Origin: Isurus oxyrinchus
Lineage: Eukaryota
Assembly (NCBI GenBank): GCA_026770705.1
Contig: JANJGN010000041.1
Span: 4,712,001 to 4,776,000 of the forward strand
Direction: 5' to 3'
Length of the DNA stretch: 64,000 bases
This document shows positions 63,100 through 64,000 of this stretch, piece by piece (within the stretch, counting starts at the first letter, position 1; the number at the start of each line of letters is the position of its first letter). Under the pieces are notes generated by a model. It ran no database searches, was not told the origin of the DNA, and saw only the letters and a program-made list of their open reading frames with translations. Position numbers and translations under genes: made by a program.

Positions 63100-63950
63100 T
63101 ATAAGCACGGCGCCTTCCTGCAATCATTTCTCCACCCTCAGCGATGGGCTGTAACAGTTTTGCAGGGACTCCTTGATGCCACATTCAGTCAAATGCAGCC
63201 TTGACCTCTCACCTCACCTTGGGAGTTCAGTTTTTACGGTGAATAAGGCTGCAATGTTGTCAGGAGCTGAGTGGCCCTGGCAGAAGCCAAACTGTGCATC
63301 CATGAGCAGGTTATTGCTCAGTAATAACATTGTCGGCGGCACTTTCTCTCATATTGCTGTTGATTTAGAGGGGATTAAAGGGCCTATATTGGCTGGGCTG
63401 CTCCTGTCCCGCTTAATGTCGGCTGAACATAACTGGGCATGATTACACTTTTCTGGGTTGATGCCTGTGTTGCAGCTGTAGTGGAAGAGCTCGGCTTGGG
63501 GCACAGCTCGTTCTGCCATGATATTGCTGGAAATGAGGTCAGAGCCTTAGGCCTTTCCAGTATCCAATGCATTCAGCACTTCATGACCTCACATGCAGTG
63601 AATCGAACTGGCTGAAGACAAGCATTTCTGGTGCAGGAGATCTCAGCCTTACCTCTTGCACTGATGTGGTGAACACGCCCATCATTGCTGGTGGGGATTT
63701 TTGTATAGACTCCTCTCCCTTTCAGTTACTTAATTTCCCACCAACATTGACAACTGAATGTGACAGGGCAGCAAAAGATAGATCTGATTCGTCGGTTGCA
63801 GGTGTACGTAACTTCTTCCTTTGCTCGCTGCTCTCGCTCTTTGACATGCAATTATTCCTGCGTTATGGCTTCACCAGGTTGACCCCTGATTCTTATGTCC
63901 CACTCCTGGGATGCGCTCCTGAAACCTTCAATGAGCCAGGCTTAATTATT
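63100..63950 (-). mobile_element. HER1-like LINE RT fragment, antisense
   Basis: GAGCAGGTTATTGCTCAGTAA (63304-63324) is the reverse of TTGCTCAGCAATAACCTGCTC (~51351-51371). Further colinear matches to 50700-51400. Confidence 0.7.
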
Positions 63951-64000
63951 TTCCCCATCCCTGCTGTTTTCATGATACTGGTGGACAGGGTCTATTTGAA

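Overview
This is eukaryotic, repeat-rich vertebrate DNA. I infer a cartilaginous fish (shark) from the CR1/HER1-type LINEs, HE1-type SINEs, GIY-YIG Penelope-like elements (PLEs) and a GPR139/142-like receptor. Most of the supplied ORF track is noise or retroelement debris. There is one intact gene: a two-exon class A GPCR on + (exon 1 10603-10672, exon 2 19092-19996, about 324 aa). Other main structures: (1) a recent direct segmental duplication (1-7367 vs 21273-28784) that brackets the GPCR; (2) a decayed ~1.9-kb tandem repeat carrying tRNA-Asp pseudogenes; (3) a PLE family that inserts as fold-back structures with 14-15-bp target duplications and carries a minimal hammerhead ribozyme with a non-canonical core (CUGUYGA), including a perfect 105-bp-arm palindrome at 43201-43412; (4) a ~9-kb degenerate 55-56-bp satellite with three sub-domains; (5) a probable dead leader-V-C Ig-superfamily gene on the minus strand (56328 to 45856) that the ORF track does not show; (6) two 51-bp minisatellites derived from a CR1 ORF2 motif. 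All alignments, counts and identities were done by eye, and no searches were run.
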